Shown here one piece after another: positions 15,966 to 25,604 of a stretch of 45,298 bases of DNA. The notes under the pieces are model-generated. The model was not told the origin of the DNA, made no database searches, and saw only the letters and a program-made list of their open reading frames with translations. The DNA comes from Vicinamibacteria bacterium (GTDB lineage Bacteria; Acidobacteriota; Vicinamibacteria; Fen-336; JAGNNV01). The translations under genes and the position numbers were made by a program. Position 1 is the stretch's first letter. The number at the start of each line of letters is the position of its first letter. The stretch is from positions 1 through 45,298 of the forward strand of contig JAENWE010000055.1 in assembly GCA_016650185.1 (NCBI GenBank), in the 5' to 3' direction.

Positions 15966-16688
15966 CTATTTTTCTAACTTTTTTTCGGAGCCCTCTGAAT
16001 GGGCGTCCCCTCCCAGACTGCGCAGGCCTTCGGGGAGAGTCTGTCGATCGGTGGCCGCGGCCGATCGCATGAGCTGCCGGAACGATTCGACCTGTTCATG
16101 GTCGAGCGCGCGAAAGTCGTGGAGCGAGTCCCCAAAGGTCTGATAAGGCTCGGCGTGCGTGGGCTCGATGGATGCGCGGGTGCGACTGCCCCTGATGCTG
16201 CGGACCACCAGACGTATGCCAAAACCGATGACCGCGAGCCTGAAACGGAAACGCTCCTGGTAGCTGTTCAGGAGTTCATGGAGCCAGGTGGCGATTCCAG
16301 TGAGGGATCTCATTTCGGCCAGCTTGAACTGCGAGGGCCGAACCGGCGGAACCGGAACAATAGCCTCCGCCATGCGCGCATAGACCGAAAGGGCTCGCAG
16401 ACGCCGCTGACGATCTTCTGCGGCCTCTTCGATGGTGTCCGCGGCAATAGCTAGAAGTCGGACGGCCTCGTCATAGGAAAGCGAAGCTTTGCGCTTGAGA
16501 GCGAGGTCGTAGGTATGGCCGGCGATCTCGGTGTCTTCAGCCAGGCGGTCTCGGAGGGTCTCGGTCGCTTTCTCGGCCTGCCCGGAGAGAACGAAATCCC
16601 ATCGCCTGAGCGCGCGATTCCGATCGAACCGGCCGAACACCAGAACAACCACGCCGGCGGCCACGGCGGCGAGGATGACGGGGATCAC
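15966..16688 (-). CDS. hypothetical protein with N-terminal membrane anchor
   Basis: 240 aa, GTG start abutting the stop of the upstream gene (TGAGTG). N-terminal TM MIPVILAAVAAGVVVLVF, and the rest is helical/charged. No family recognised. Confidence 0.6.
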   Translation of the reverse strand: MIPVILAAVAAGVVVLVFGRFDRNRALRRWDFVLSGQAEKATETLRDRLAEDTEIAGHTYDLALKRKASLSYDEAVRLLAIAADTIEEAAEDRQRRLRALSVYARMAEAIVPVPPVRPSQFKLAEMRSLTGIATWLHELLNSYQERFRFRLAVIGFGIRLVVRSIRGSRTRASIEPTHAEPYQTFGDSLHDFRALDHEQVESFRQLMRSAAATDRQTLPEGLRSLGGDAHSEGSEKKLEK

Positions 16689-17327
16689 TCAGGCGTCTTC
16701 ACGCCAGGCCGCGTAAGCGAGATATCCGACCGAGGTGTCGTAGGCGGTCGCGTTCAGCAAATTCAGATTCTCGATCACCCCCCAACCCAATCGGCCAATG
16801 AGGTCGATATAGACCACAAAGATCACCAGGTAGGGCACGTATCCAAGAATGATGGATCTGGTGAAGGCGGGCACCGGGATCTGATACCAGACGATCAGCA
16901 GAGCCACGAAGGCCAGGCACCAAATCCCGGCTGTAGTGATCCCCGGCTGGTAGCGCGCCATGTCGGAGTAGTCCGTATTGGGAGGGGTCAGCAGGAAGAC
17001 GGTCAACGATGAACCCGCAACGGCGAGGGCCAGGAAGCCCCGGACGCGATTTGCGATTCCAGAGAAGGCCGTGAACGCCCGGAAGGAAAGCTCCAAAGAC
17101 AGCGCGAACAAGAGGGAGTCATAGATCCCTTGCTTTACGATGAATGCTTCAGGCGTGTAGAAGGAATCGGGGAAGAGGAGAATGAGGGCGGTGAACAACG
17201 TGGCGGCGGCGGCATAGGCCGAGAACACGAATGACTGGCTGATTTTCCCTCGCCGCACAATTCCCGCACACATCGCGGCCAGAAGCCCGAGGCTGAGTAC
17301 AACGAGGGCGCGGTTAAGGGTTCCCAC
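16689..17327 (-). CDS. hypothetical polytopic membrane protein (~6 TM)
   Basis: 212 aa, hydrophobic throughout (e.g. ALVVLSLGLLAAMCAGIV, GIWCLAFVALLIVWYQI, YVPYLVIFVVYIDLIG). No family recognised. Confidence 0.65.
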   Translation of the reverse strand: MGTLNRALVVLSLGLLAAMCAGIVRRGKISQSFVFSAYAAAATLFTALILLFPDSFYTPEAFIVKQGIYDSLLFALSLELSFRAFTAFSGIANRVRGFLALAVAGSSLTVFLLTPPNTDYSDMARYQPGITTAGIWCLAFVALLIVWYQIPVPAFTRSIILGYVPYLVIFVVYIDLIGRLGWGVIENLNLLNATAYDTSVGYLAYAAWREDA

Positions 17328-17351
17328 AGACTGTTCTACCGTTGGCCGATA

Positions 17352-17960
17352 TCACGCAATGAGCGGCTTCGAGAGGCGAGGCACCTTCTTGCGCGCGATG
17401 CCAAACGCGGCGAGGCGCATGTAGAGCGTCCGTCGCGTAACCCCCAACTCCCGCGAGACGCGGGCGATGTTCCAATCGTTCTCCTCGAGGAGCCTCTGGA
17501 TTCCGGCGCGGTTGGCATCGACCCGATTCACGGTCGCAACTCGTGGTCCCGCCGACGCCTCGAGGGCGCCCACCGCCTTGGCCATGGCCAGCAGAAACGG
17601 ACGCAACTCCTTGGGCTCGGCCGACCCGGGGCTCTCGAGATAAACCCAGCCGAGCTTGGAATCGCCGTCTCCGGTGATCGGTGCGAGGGCGAAGCCCGGC
17701 GAGGAAACGACCTCGCCCTTCGCCAGGCGGGCACGATGATCCTGAAAGCGGATGGGCAGGCTGCTCAGTCCGGCCAGGGATAGCCGGTACGAAAGGAACA
17801 CATTGGCGTTCTCGCCCTGAGGGACCAGAACGGCGCCTCCTTCAGCTCCAGCAACCTCGCACATCTTTGACAGCAGCCGATCGGCGGACCGACGAGGATC
17901 GTCGGCCACGAGACTTTCAAGCATGGATCCCAGATTGTTCATAAGGCTGGATTCTGCCAT
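17352..17960 (-). CDS. transcriptional regulator: GAF-like sensor domain plus Fis-type HTH (HTH_8), with no AAA/sigma-54 domain
   Basis: 202 aa. The C-terminus AGIQRLLEENDWNIARVSRELGVTRRTLYMRLAAFGI is a typical Fis/NtrC-type HTH. The N-terminal ~140 aa are compatible with a small GAF-like fold (inference). Confidence 0.75.
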   Translation of the reverse strand: MAESSLMNNLGSMLESLVADDPRRSADRLLSKMCEVAGAEGGAVLVPQGENANVFLSYRLSLAGLSSLPIRFQDHRARLAKGEVVSSPGFALAPITGDGDSKLGWVYLESPGSAEPKELRPFLLAMAKAVGALEASAGPRVATVNRVDANRAGIQRLLEENDWNIARVSRELGVTRRTLYMRLAAFGIARKKVPRLSKPLIA

Positions 17961-17988
17961 AACACGCCGCTACCGCAAAACGGCAACG

Positions 17989-18004
17989 AATACTCTATGT
18001 ATAC
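17989..18004. promoter_or_regulatory. second copy of the AT-rich motif (TACTCTATGTATAC), upstream of the GAF-HTH regulator gene
   Basis: 17991-18004 TACTCTATGTATAC matches 15928-15941 TACTGTATGTATAC at 13/14. It lies 31 nt upstream of the regulator start (17960) in the divergent intergenic region. Confidence 0.4.
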
Positions 18005-18088
18005 TTTCCCACAGTCGGCCAGCCTTTGGTCCAACAGTAGTCAGCAAAACAACAAGAAAACACCTACCTAAATTAAGGAACACTCAAC

Positions 18089-18232
18089 ATGAAAGCTTTC
18101 TGGACGATCTTCTTCCTCGGTTCAATGCTTCTCGTCGGACTCGACGTCCAGGAGCGACGACATGCCTCCCAGCCCAACCCCACCGTGCCCATCGCGGGTG
18201 ACGCGACCGGCGCTCCGACTCCGCGGCCGTAG
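18089..18232 (+). CDS. candidate small (47-aa) signal-peptide or membrane peptide
   Basis: ATG 18089 is preceded by AAGGA ~10 nt upstream. Product: MKAFWTIFFLGSMLLVGLDVQERRHASQPNPTVPIAGDATGAPTPRP. Third positions are mostly G/C. It is too short for the ORF track, and no homology could be assessed. Confidence 0.35.
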   Translation: MKAFWTIFFLGSMLLVGLDVQERRHASQPNPTVPIAGDATGAPTPRP

Positions 18233-18506
18233 GCCTAAAGAACCGATCCGGGCGACGGCGCGGACCCACGGCTTGGGCGAAGCTGATACGACGAGTACTT
18301 CGCTCAACGGGGGCGCTAGCGCCGATGCCCGGACGGACGGACGGCAGGGGACGATGTTTTGCACCGCGTTCGCCGAGCCCCATATGGCCTCCCCGGCCGA
18401 GGGTTCCCAAAAAATCGCGTCCATCCCGGGTTGCCAAAGTGGGCCGGGCAGAATAGCGTTGTCTACACAAGCCGCCGTTTGGACGCTTTCTTCCCTGGAG
18501 AAATAA

Positions 18507-20570
18507 ATGCCGACCATCGACCTCGATCAGCTTTCCGTCAACACCATTCGCACGCTGTCCATGGACGCGGTGCAGCAGGCGAACTCCGGTCATCCCGGCA
18601 CGCCCATGGCCATGGCCCCTGTGGCGTACACGCTCTGGCAACGGCATCTCCGTTTCGACCCCAACGATCCCATCTGGCCGGACCGCGACCGCTTCGTGCT
18701 TTCCATGGGCCACGCGTCGATGCTCCTTTATTCGCTCCTGCACCTCGCCGGGGTGAAAGCGGTCAATCCCAAATACGAAGCGCTCGGAGACCTGTCCGTT
18801 CCGCTCGATGACATCAAGCGCTTCCGTCAACTCGACAGCCGATGCCCCGGCCATCCGGAATATCGATGGACCTCGGGCATCGAGACCACGACCGGGCCGC
18901 TGGGTCAGGGCGTCGCCACCAGCGTGGGAATGGCCATCGCCTCGAAATGGATGGCTGCCCGATACAACCGTCCAGGTTTCGATCTGTTCACGAATCGCGT
19001 CTATGCCCTAGCCGGTGACGGCTGCATGATGGAAGGGATTTCCCATGAAGCCGCGTCGCTCGCGGGCCACCTGCAACTCGACAACCTCTGCTGGATCTAC
19101 GACAACAACAAGATCACCATCGAGGGAGACACCTCTCTCGCCTTCAGCGAAGATGTGGCCACCCGTTTCATCGCCTACGGCTGGAACGTAACCCGAGTCG
19201 GAGACGCGAACGATCTCGGCATGCTCGATCGCGCGTATCAAAACGCCAAGCAGACCAAGGGACGGCCCACTCTGATCATCGTGGACAGCCACATCGGCTA
19301 CGGCGCGCCCAGCAAGCAGGACTCGCACTCCGCCCATGGAGAGCCGCTCGGGGCTGAAGAGATCAAGGGAACCAAGCGTTTCTACGGCTGGCCCGAAGAC
19401 GCGAAGTTCCTGGTGCCCGACGGCGTCACCGATCATTTCGCGAAGAACATGGGCGCCCGCGGCGCATCGCTCAGAAAAGACTGGATGGAGAAACTCGTCG
19501 CCTATCGCAAAGAGAACCCCGCGCTCGCCGACGAGCTCGACCGCATGCAGAAGCGGCAACTCCCCGACGGCTGGGACAAGGACCTGCCGGTCTTCCCCAC
19601 CGACGCCAAGGGCCTGGCTGGACGCGACGCCTCGCAGAAGGTTCAGAACGCGATCGCCAAGAACGTGCCCTGGTTGATCGGCGGCTCGGCCGATCTCGCT
19701 CCCTCCACCAAGACCCGGCTCACTTTCGAAGGCGCGGGTGACTTCTCGGCCGAAACCTACGGAGGGCGCAACTTCCACTTCGGCATTCGCGAGCAGGCGA
19801 TGGGCGCGGTGATGAACGGCATGTCGCTCTCGAAAGTGCGGCCCTATGGCTCGGGCTTCCTGATCTTCAGCGACTACGGCAAGGCGCCCATCCGCCTCGC
19901 CGCGATCATGGAAATTCCCGTCATCTACGTGTTCACCCACGACTCCATCGGCGTGGGCGAGGACGGCCCCACCCACCAACCCGTCGAGCAGGTGCTGTCG
20001 CTTCGCGCAGTTCCCGGCCTGATCACCATCAGACCGGCGGATGCGAATGAGGTCGCAGAGGCCTGGCGGTTCGCGATGCCTCAGAAGCACGAACCGATCG
20101 CCCTCATCCTCACTCGACAGGCCCTCCCCACCGTGGATCGAACGAAGTACGCCGCGGCGAGCGGCCTCACCAAGGGCGCCTACGTTTTGGCGGATTCCGC
20201 GGATGGAAAACCGGATGTCATTCTGATGGCGACCGGCAGCGAAGTCTCCCTCTGCTTGGAAGCGCACGAACAACTGACCACAGAAGGAGTCAAGAGCCGG
20301 GTAGTCAGCATGCCCTCCTGGGAGATCTTCGAGCATCAGTCGCAGGAATATCGCGATCAGGTGTTGCCGCCCTCGGTGACCGCCCGGGTCTCGGTCGAGC
20401 TCGGGACCACTCTGGGCTGGAGCCGGTACGTGGGCAGCACCGGAAAGGCGATCGGCATGAAGACCTTCGGCGCGTCTGCGCCGCTCAAGGAACTGCAGAA
20501 GAAATTCGGCTTCCGGCTTGAGGACGTGGTGGCTGCGGCCAAGGACCAGATCGCGGGAGCGAAGAAGTAA
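18507..20570 (+). CDS. tkt: transketolase
   Basis: 687 aa. N-terminus [36 protein letters not shown] and the ThDP motif [13 protein letters not shown] are classic Tkt. GGAGA lies upstream. Confidence 0.95.
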   Translation: MPTIDLDQLSVNTIRTLSMDAVQQANSGHPGTPMAMAPVAYTLWQRHLRFDPNDPIWPDRDRFVLSMGHASMLLYSLLHLAGVKAVNPKYEALGDLSVPLDDIKRFRQLDSRCPGHPEYRWTSGIETTTGPLGQGVATSVGMAIASKWMAARYNRPGFDLFTNRVYALAGDGCMMEGISHEAASLAGHLQLDNLCWIYDNNKITIEGDTSLAFSEDVATRFIAYGWNVTRVGDANDLGMLDRAYQNAKQTKGRPTLIIVDSHIGYGAPSKQDSHSAHGEPLGAEEIKGTKRFYGWPEDAKFLVPDGVTDHFAKNMGARGASLRKDWMEKLVAYRKENPALADELDRMQKRQLPDGWDKDLPVFPTDAKGLAGRDASQKVQNAIAKNVPWLIGGSADLAPSTKTRLTFEGAGDFSAETYGGRNFHFGIREQAMGAVMNGMSLSKVRPYGSGFLIFSDYGKAPIRLAAIMEIPVIYVFTHDSIGVGEDGPTHQPVEQVLSLRAVPGLITIRPADANEVAEAWRFAMPQKHEPIALILTRQALPTVDRTKYAAASGLTKGAYVLADSADGKPDVILMATGSEVSLCLEAHEQLTTEGVKSRVVSMPSWEIFEHQSQEYRDQVLPPSVTARVSVELGTTLGWSRYVGSTGKAIGMKTFGASAPLKELQKKFGFRLEDVVAAAKDQIAGAKK

Positions 20571-21013
20571 TGCGAATCGTGGTCGGCTCCGATCATGCCG
20601 GGTTCCCGCTCAAGCTGGAAATAGCGGAGGCTCTGCGCAAGGAAGGTCACGACGTCATCGACGTTGGGACCCATTCAACCGAGGCGGTCGACTACCCGGA
20701 TTCCGCCGAGGCAGTGGGCCGGGCGGTGACCGACGGCCGCGCGGAACGCGGTGTCCTGATCTGCGGAAGCGGCGTCGGGGCCTCGGTGGCGGCAAACAAG
20801 GTGAAAGGCGTGCGCGCCGCCATCTGCCATGACGCCTACTCGGCTCACCAGGGCGTCGAGCACGACGACATGAACGTGCTCGTTCTGGGGGGCCGAATCG
20901 TGGGGCCGGCCCTGGCCGGAGAGCTCGTCAAGGCCTACGTGGGCGCGAAATACACCGCGGAAGAGCGCCACGCGCGCCGCCTCGCGAAAGTTATCGCCCT
21001 CGACAACCGCTAG
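20570..21013 (+). CDS. rpiB: ribose-5-phosphate isomerase B
   Basis: 147 aa. [15 protein letters not shown]...[17 protein letters not shown]... is typical of RpiB/LacAB. The start overlaps the tkt stop (TAATG). Confidence 0.93.
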   Translation: MRIVVGSDHAGFPLKLEIAEALRKEGHDVIDVGTHSTEAVDYPDSAEAVGRAVTDGRAERGVLICGSGVGASVAANKVKGVRAAICHDAYSAHQGVEHDDMNVLVLGGRIVGPALAGELVKAYVGAKYTAEERHARRLAKVIALDNR

Positions 21014-21138
21014 CGCGTTCAGGAGTTCCGGGCCGGAAACACGTTGCGCCAGACCGGCTGGTGAGCGCGCTCACGTCATTCCACCAAGACGTGTGGCTAG
21101 AGTGGCCTTGTCGATTCTTTCGACGGAGGTCAAACGCC

Positions 21139-21606
21139 ATGCGACACACTCAATCGTTTCTCATCCTGCTTCTGGCCGCGAGCCCCGCCGCCGCCGCCGA
21201 TAACGGCGTGGCTCAAACCAGAGCGCTCCTGGAGATCGAGGGCCTGCTCAATCGCGTCGCAACGGCAGAGAAAGTAGGCGACGCGGCCGCCCTCGCTCAG
21301 TGCTATGAGGGCGACGGAATCCTCCTTCCTTCATCCGGTGAACCGGTCATCGGCCGAGACGAGATCGCCCGACGCTATCAGGCCATCTTCAGCGGGAACA
21401 CTCAGCGGCTGGTGCTGGAATCCGAAGAGCTTTGGGTCCTGGACGACCTGGCCGTGAGTCGCGGAGCGGCTCGGGGTCCGGCCCCTCGACACAAGGCTCA
21501 AGGTCCGATCCGCAACCGCTACGTCATGACCCTCAAGCGGCACGGAGAAACCTGGGAGATTCGCAGCCTGGTCTGGAACTCCGGCTCCCGCGTGGCCAGC
21601 CGATAG
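21139..21606 (+). CDS. secreted SnoaL-like / DUF4440 (NTF2-fold) protein
   Basis: Start at ATG 21139 (GGAGG 8 nt upstream) gives the signal peptide MRHTQSFLILLLAASPAAAA. The remaining ~135 aa have the pattern of NTF2-like DUF4440 proteins (...GDGILLPSSGEPVIGRDEIARRYQ...TLKRHGETWEIRSLVWN). Confidence 0.65.
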   Translation: MRHTQSFLILLLAASPAAAADNGVAQTRALLEIEGLLNRVATAEKVGDAAALAQCYEGDGILLPSSGEPVIGRDEIARRYQAIFSGNTQRLVLESEELWVLDDLAVSRGAARGPAPRHKAQGPIRNRYVMTLKRHGETWEIRSLVWNSGSRVASR

Positions 21607-21622
21607 CCTTCTCTACGTCCCG

Positions 21623-23374
21623 TCAGCGCACTTCGAAGCCGTAGGGCAGGCGCGCCCAGATCGTTCTGGACTGCTTCAACACACGCGCACGGAACCGATC
21701 AGCCAGCATCTCCGGCCTGAGGCTTCCGCGCGCGGAGATTCCGATCCCGTCCCAGCCATCGGCATCTTCGAAGAATCGATCGAAAGCGCTCTTGGCCGCG
21801 GGGAAGACGACCACGGCCACATCCTGGCCTGAGGCAATGTTGGCCTTGTCCTTGGCCAGCAAGAGCGCCCGGTCAAAGCCTCCCAGTTCGTCCACCAGAC
21901 CCACCCTTTTCGCCTCGGCGCCGGTCCAGACCCGGCCTTGGGCGATCTCGTGAACCCCCTCCACGTCCATATGACGGTTCTCGGCCACCAGAGCGAGGAA
22001 CCGGTCGTAGAACCGGGAGGCGAGTCCCTCGACCTTGGCCTGGTCCTCGGGAGACCAGCGCCGCGACGCGCTCGCGAACGAACCGCCTTCGCCAAAATCA
22101 ATGTAATCGTTGGTAATGCCGAGCTTGTCGAAGAGGCCCTTCAAAACGAACTTGCCGAAGAAAACGCCGATCGATCCGGTGATGGTGGTGGGATCGGCCA
22201 CGATCGCGTTCGCGGGCGCCGAGACGTAGTAGCCGCCGGAGGCTGCGTAGTCGCTCATGCTGACGATGACCGGCTTCTTGGCCACCGTGTTTTCCACTTC
22301 GCGGGCGATCACGTCGGAGGCGGAACCGGAGCCGCCGGGGGAATTGACCCTCAGAACCACGGCCTTGACCGCATCGTCCTCCGCGGCATCTCGGAGCGCC
22401 TTCGCGATGGTGTCGGAGCCGGCGACCGGGCCTGATCCGAACCCCGCATCCTGGCTCTCCCCGGAGAGGATTTCCCCGTCCACGAAGATAAGCGCCACCT
22501 TTGGGCGGGCGTCGAAAACGCCAGCCTGGTCCCGGAAATCCCGGAGGTAGCGATAGGTGTCTCCGGCCGCGTCAAGCGCCTCCGCGGGATAGTCCAGCCG
22601 GTCGACCAATCCGGCATCGAGCGCGGCCGAGCCGTCATAGGGACCCGCCGAGATCAGGGCCTCGATCTCCGCCTCGGTCTTCTTTCGCGAGGCCGCGACG
22701 GACGAGATGTAATCCCGATAGATCCCGCCGATCAGAGACCGCATCTGCTCGCGGTGCGCGGGCGTGAACTTCTTCTCGGTAAACTGGTTCGGCGCGTTCT
22801 TGTACTTCCCCATGGCCACGAACTGCGCTTCGACCCCAAGCTTGTCGAAGGCGCCCTTAAGGAACATCACCTCGGCGGAGAGTCCATGGATCTCGAGAAT
22901 GGCCTCCGGCAAGGCCACGATCTCATCGGCGGCCGAGGCGAGGTAGTACTCCATGTTCCCGCTGTCTTCCAGGAACGCGGTCACCTTCTTGCCCTTGGCG
23001 CGAACCCGCAGGAGGGCGCCGCGAAGCTCGTAGGCGCGAGCCCAGCCGAGGTCAGTGCCGCCGATCCGAACGAACACGGTCTGGAGGCCGGCTGCGTCCG
23101 CGGCCCGGTCCAGGGCCCGGATGATGGCGGGGAACGAAGGGGCCGAGTCGCCGGAAAAAGCGAGTTGAAAGGTGGGCGCCGGATTCTCGGCGAACGAACC
23201 TTCGAGAGACAGAGACAACACGTGCGAGCTCGCATCCGACTGTCGCGCGGAGGTCGAATGTCCCTGGCTCTGAACAAAGTATGCGAGGCCGCCGAGCACC
23301 ACCGCGGTGAAGGAAGCCACGAGGACGAGCCCCACCGCGATCCAAAAGAACCGTCTTCTGCGAGACATCGCCAT
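21623..23374 (-). CDS. sppA: signal peptide peptidase SppA, 67K type (two S49 domains)
   Basis: 583 aa. N-terminal TM, then two ClpP/S49-like halves. The second carries SMSDYAASGGYYVSAP and GRVWTG, typical of SppA. Confidence 0.88.
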   Translation of the reverse strand: MAMSRRRRFFWIAVGLVLVASFTAVVLGGLAYFVQSQGHSTSARQSDASSHVLSLSLEGSFAENPAPTFQLAFSGDSAPSFPAIIRALDRAADAAGLQTVFVRIGGTDLGWARAYELRGALLRVRAKGKKVTAFLEDSGNMEYYLASAADEIVALPEAILEIHGLSAEVMFLKGAFDKLGVEAQFVAMGKYKNAPNQFTEKKFTPAHREQMRSLIGGIYRDYISSVAASRKKTEAEIEALISAGPYDGSAALDAGLVDRLDYPAEALDAAGDTYRYLRDFRDQAGVFDARPKVALIFVDGEILSGESQDAGFGSGPVAGSDTIAKALRDAAEDDAVKAVVLRVNSPGGSGSASDVIAREVENTVAKKPVIVSMSDYAASGGYYVSAPANAIVADPTTITGSIGVFFGKFVLKGLFDKLGITNDYIDFGEGGSFASASRRWSPEDQAKVEGLASRFYDRFLALVAENRHMDVEGVHEIAQGRVWTGAEAKRVGLVDELGGFDRALLLAKDKANIASGQDVAVVVFPAAKSAFDRFFEDADGWDGIGISARGSLRPEMLADRFRARVLKQSRTIWARLPYGFEVR

Positions 23375-23455
23375 GGTCTGGTCCGTTTCTGCTCCTAGAG
23401 GGCTATTCGGCGGCGATCGACGAGGGCGCTTGAGCGTGCGCCGGCCGCGGGCCGA

Positions 23456-24193
23456 CTATAGGGTGCTGAGGGCATCCATCTTCTGCCGCGCGTCCTGGAC
23501 GTACGGACTCTGAGGATGCCGATTGACCAAATCGGCATAGGCGCGACGGGCCGCAACCTTGTCACCCGACGCTTCGAGGGCGGAAGCCAGTCCAAAAATA
23601 AGCCGGTCCTTCGGAAGACCCGAGGCCGCGTCGTCGATGAGGGCCTTGTATTGGCTCGCCGCATCCTGGGCCCTGCCGTCCTGCAAGACGAGATCGGCGA
23701 GTCGCAGCCGGGCCATGGCGGGCTCAAGAGCGCCCGGATCGCGCCGGTCGGCCACTTCCTTGAGCGCCGCTTCCGCCTCCTGGATCCGGCCCAGTTCGGC
23801 CAGACACAGAGCGGAATAATAGCGGGCCCGCTTGCCGGCGGGCATCGACGAATAGCCTTTGGCCACGTCATCGAACATGGTCTTGGCCTTCTCGAACTTC
23901 TCGGCAGAGGTCTGAAAGGTCTGGCCGGCGCTCCCCGGCGCGGGAGCCAAGGCCCCCACCTCGGCGTGGAAGACCTCGGTGGCCCGGGCGAAGGCCGACT
24001 CGGCCTGGGAGACGCGGAACTTCTGCCCGTAGTAGAGGCCGCTCAGAACCAGCACCAGCCCAAGAACGGCAAGGGCGGCTTTCACCACTTCGGGCCGGAT
24101 CATGAACCCGCGGGCCCCTTTTAGCGCGTCACCGATCTCGTCGCGCTGAAGTTCTTTCTTAAGTTCCTTGTCCAAAGCCGTTTCACCTGTCAA
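23456..24193 (-). CDS. membrane-anchored tetratricopeptide-repeat protein (YfgM-like)
   Basis: 245 aa, TTG start (uncertain). Single TM AALAVLGLVLVLSGLYY followed by TPR-like helices (ARYYSALCLAELGRIQEAEAALKEV...). Confidence 0.7.
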   Translation of the reverse strand: MTGETALDKELKKELQRDEIGDALKGARGFMIRPEVVKAALAVLGLVLVLSGLYYGQKFRVSQAESAFARATEVFHAEVGALAPAPGSAGQTFQTSAEKFEKAKTMFDDVAKGYSSMPAGKRARYYSALCLAELGRIQEAEAALKEVADRRDPGALEPAMARLRLADLVLQDGRAQDAASQYKALIDDAASGLPKDRLIFGLASALEASGDKVAARRAYADLVNRHPQSPYVQDARQKMDALSTL

Positions 24194-24204
24194 ATCGAAG
24201 AGAG

Positions 24205-24281
24205 TGGTGTGCCCGGAGGGACTTGAACCCCCAACCTTGAGCTTAGGATGCTCCTGCTCTATCCAGTTGAGCTACGGGCGC
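24205..24281 (-). tRNA. tRNA-Arg (anticodon CCT), CCA encoded
   Basis: Hand-folded cloverleaf of the reverse complement: GCGCCCG TA GCTC AACTGGATA GAGC A GGAGC ATCCTAA GCTCA AGGTT GGGGG TTCAAGT CCCTC CGGGCAC A CCA. 77 nt. One C2:A71 and one G27:A43 mismatch. Confidence 0.8.
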
Positions 24282-24353
24282 ACGAGAGTGCGACGCCGGA
24301 GTTTACCTTCGGCGCGCATCGAATGCGGCGCGCGGCCGCTTTTTAGCACCCAA

Positions 24354-24872
24354 TCAGTAGTGGATGAGACTGGTGACCACGTGAGGGGCGAGTCGGGGCC
24401 GCCCATTCAGAAAATCGAGCTCGATCAGAAAGGAAAACCCCGCGACCATACCCCGGGAACGCCCTACCAGACGTCCGGCCGCCTCCGCCGTTCCTCCGGT
24501 GGCGAGAACGTCATCCACGATGAGCGCCCGTTGCCCGGTGATCAGCGCATCCTCGTGCATCTCGATCGAGTCTTCCCCGTATTCGAGAGCATAGGTCTCG
24601 CGAACGGTGGCGCGGGGAAGTTTCTTTGGCTTCCGAATGGGCACAAAACCGCACTGTCGGCGTTGGGCCAGGGCCGCTCCGAAAATGAAACCACGGCTTT
24701 CGATGCCGATGATGAGGCCGTACTCGATGTGGCGAGTGAGTTCGTCGAGCTGCTCGATGGCGGCCGCGAAAGCGGGGCCGCTGGCCAGCAGAGGGGTGAC
24801 ATCGCGAAAGACGACCCCTGGCTTCGGGAAATCGGGGACATCGTGAATCAGGTCCTTCAGGTTGAGAGTCAT
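24354..24872 (-). CDS. apt: adenine phosphoribosyltransferase
   Basis: 172 aa. DFPKPGVVFRDVTPLL and the PRPP motif ALIVDDVLATGGTA. Confidence 0.93.
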   Translation of the reverse strand: MTLNLKDLIHDVPDFPKPGVVFRDVTPLLASGPAFAAAIEQLDELTRHIEYGLIIGIESRGFIFGAALAQRRQCGFVPIRKPKKLPRATVRETYALEYGEDSIEMHEDALITGQRALIVDDVLATGGTAEAAGRLVGRSRGMVAGFSFLIELDFLNGRPRLAPHVVTSLIHY

Positions 24873-24935
24873 GGCCGCCGAGTTTATGGCCAGTGAACCT
24901 TGACCCTGTTCGGAAGCGACAACTAACCTTCAGGG

Positions 24936-25604
24936 ATGCTCAGCCCGATCACCGACCGTCGCATGCGGTTCGCTCTGGGCCTGGGCTTCGCCCTCCCCTT
25001 CGCGGCCTGCACGTCGGCGCCGACCACCCCAGCCACCCCGAACATCGTCTTGATCGTGGCCGAAGGAACGGGGTTTCCCTTCGAAGATCCCGCGTTTTCG
25101 AAGTCCCCCGCCCTCGGACGGCTGCGCCTCAACTCTCGCCCCTTCGACCTTATGTTCAGCGACGATGCGGCCTGGTCCGATACGCGGGCCACTTTGCTGG
25201 GCGGAGTTGAGGGAGGGAATCTGGTCAACGCCCTCAAGACGAAAGGGTACCTGACCGCCGCGGTGACCGCGAACGGGAAGGCGGCCGGCGGTTTCGACCA
25301 AATGACGCAGGCGAGATCATCGGAGGTCGCAACCCAAATCCTTATGGCTTCGACGCCGCGGGAGAGCGCCCGACCTTCGCCTTCGCGGCGCTGGATTTGC
25401 GCGAGGTTCCTGCCGAGGCGCCGACGCCTGAGATCGAAGCGCCTCCGCTGGAGGTACCCGCCATCGCGATCGCGGATCGTGCGCCCCTCGATCCGGCGGG
25501 CTTTCTCGTCACTCCGCCGCCCCGCGAGCCCGCGGATCGAAACGGTCTGGCGGCGCGACGCGCGGCGGCGTTCCGCCTGCTGGACCAGCAGATTGATGAC
25601 TTGA
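24936..25604 (+). CDS. 5' part of a two-domain sulfatase gene: lipoprotein signal plus degenerate sulfatase N-half. Only ~24936-25310 looks coding in this frame.
   Basis: MRFALGLGFALPFAAC is lipobox-like. NIVLIVAEGTGF replaces the sulfatase NIVLIxxDDxG, and AAWSDTRATLLGG replaces C-x-P-x-R-xxxxTG. After ~aa 125 this frame turns Arg-rich nonsense, while the -1 frame becomes protein-like and continues into 25397..27475. Confidence 0.55.
   Translation: MLSPITDRRMRFALGLGFALPFAACTSAPTTPATPNIVLIVAEGTGFPFEDPAFSKSPALGRLRLNSRPFDLMFSDDAAWSDTRATLLGGVEGGNLVNALKTKGYLTAAVTANGKAAGGFDQMTQARSSEVATQILMASTPRESARPSPSRRWICARFLPRRRRLRSKRLRWRYPPSRSRIVRPSIRRAFSSLRRPASPRIETVWRRDARRRSACWTSRLMT

Noticed and set aside
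18084-18854. 256-aa minus-strand ORF spanning the tkt upstream region and the tkt 5' end
   Set aside because: It overlaps the well-supported tkt start and has an Arg/Gly-rich composition. The only plausible coding signal in the upstream region is the small + strand ORF at 18089.
21061-21074. Perfect 14-bp palindrome GTGAGCGCGCTCAC after rpiB, as a terminator or operator
   Set aside because: As a hairpin it gives only a ~5-bp stem with a 4-nt loop and no T-tract. It is a single occurrence of a GC-rich palindrome, which is not surprising at this composition. The 21061 GTG start in the track is replaced by ATG 21139, which has a good SD and signal peptide.
25300-25400. Programmed -1 ribosomal frameshift in the sulfatase gene
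   Set aside because: I found no X_XXY_YYZ slippery heptamer in the zero frame across the frame-switch zone and no obvious downstream pseudoknot. An indel (assembly error or mutation) is the simpler explanation.
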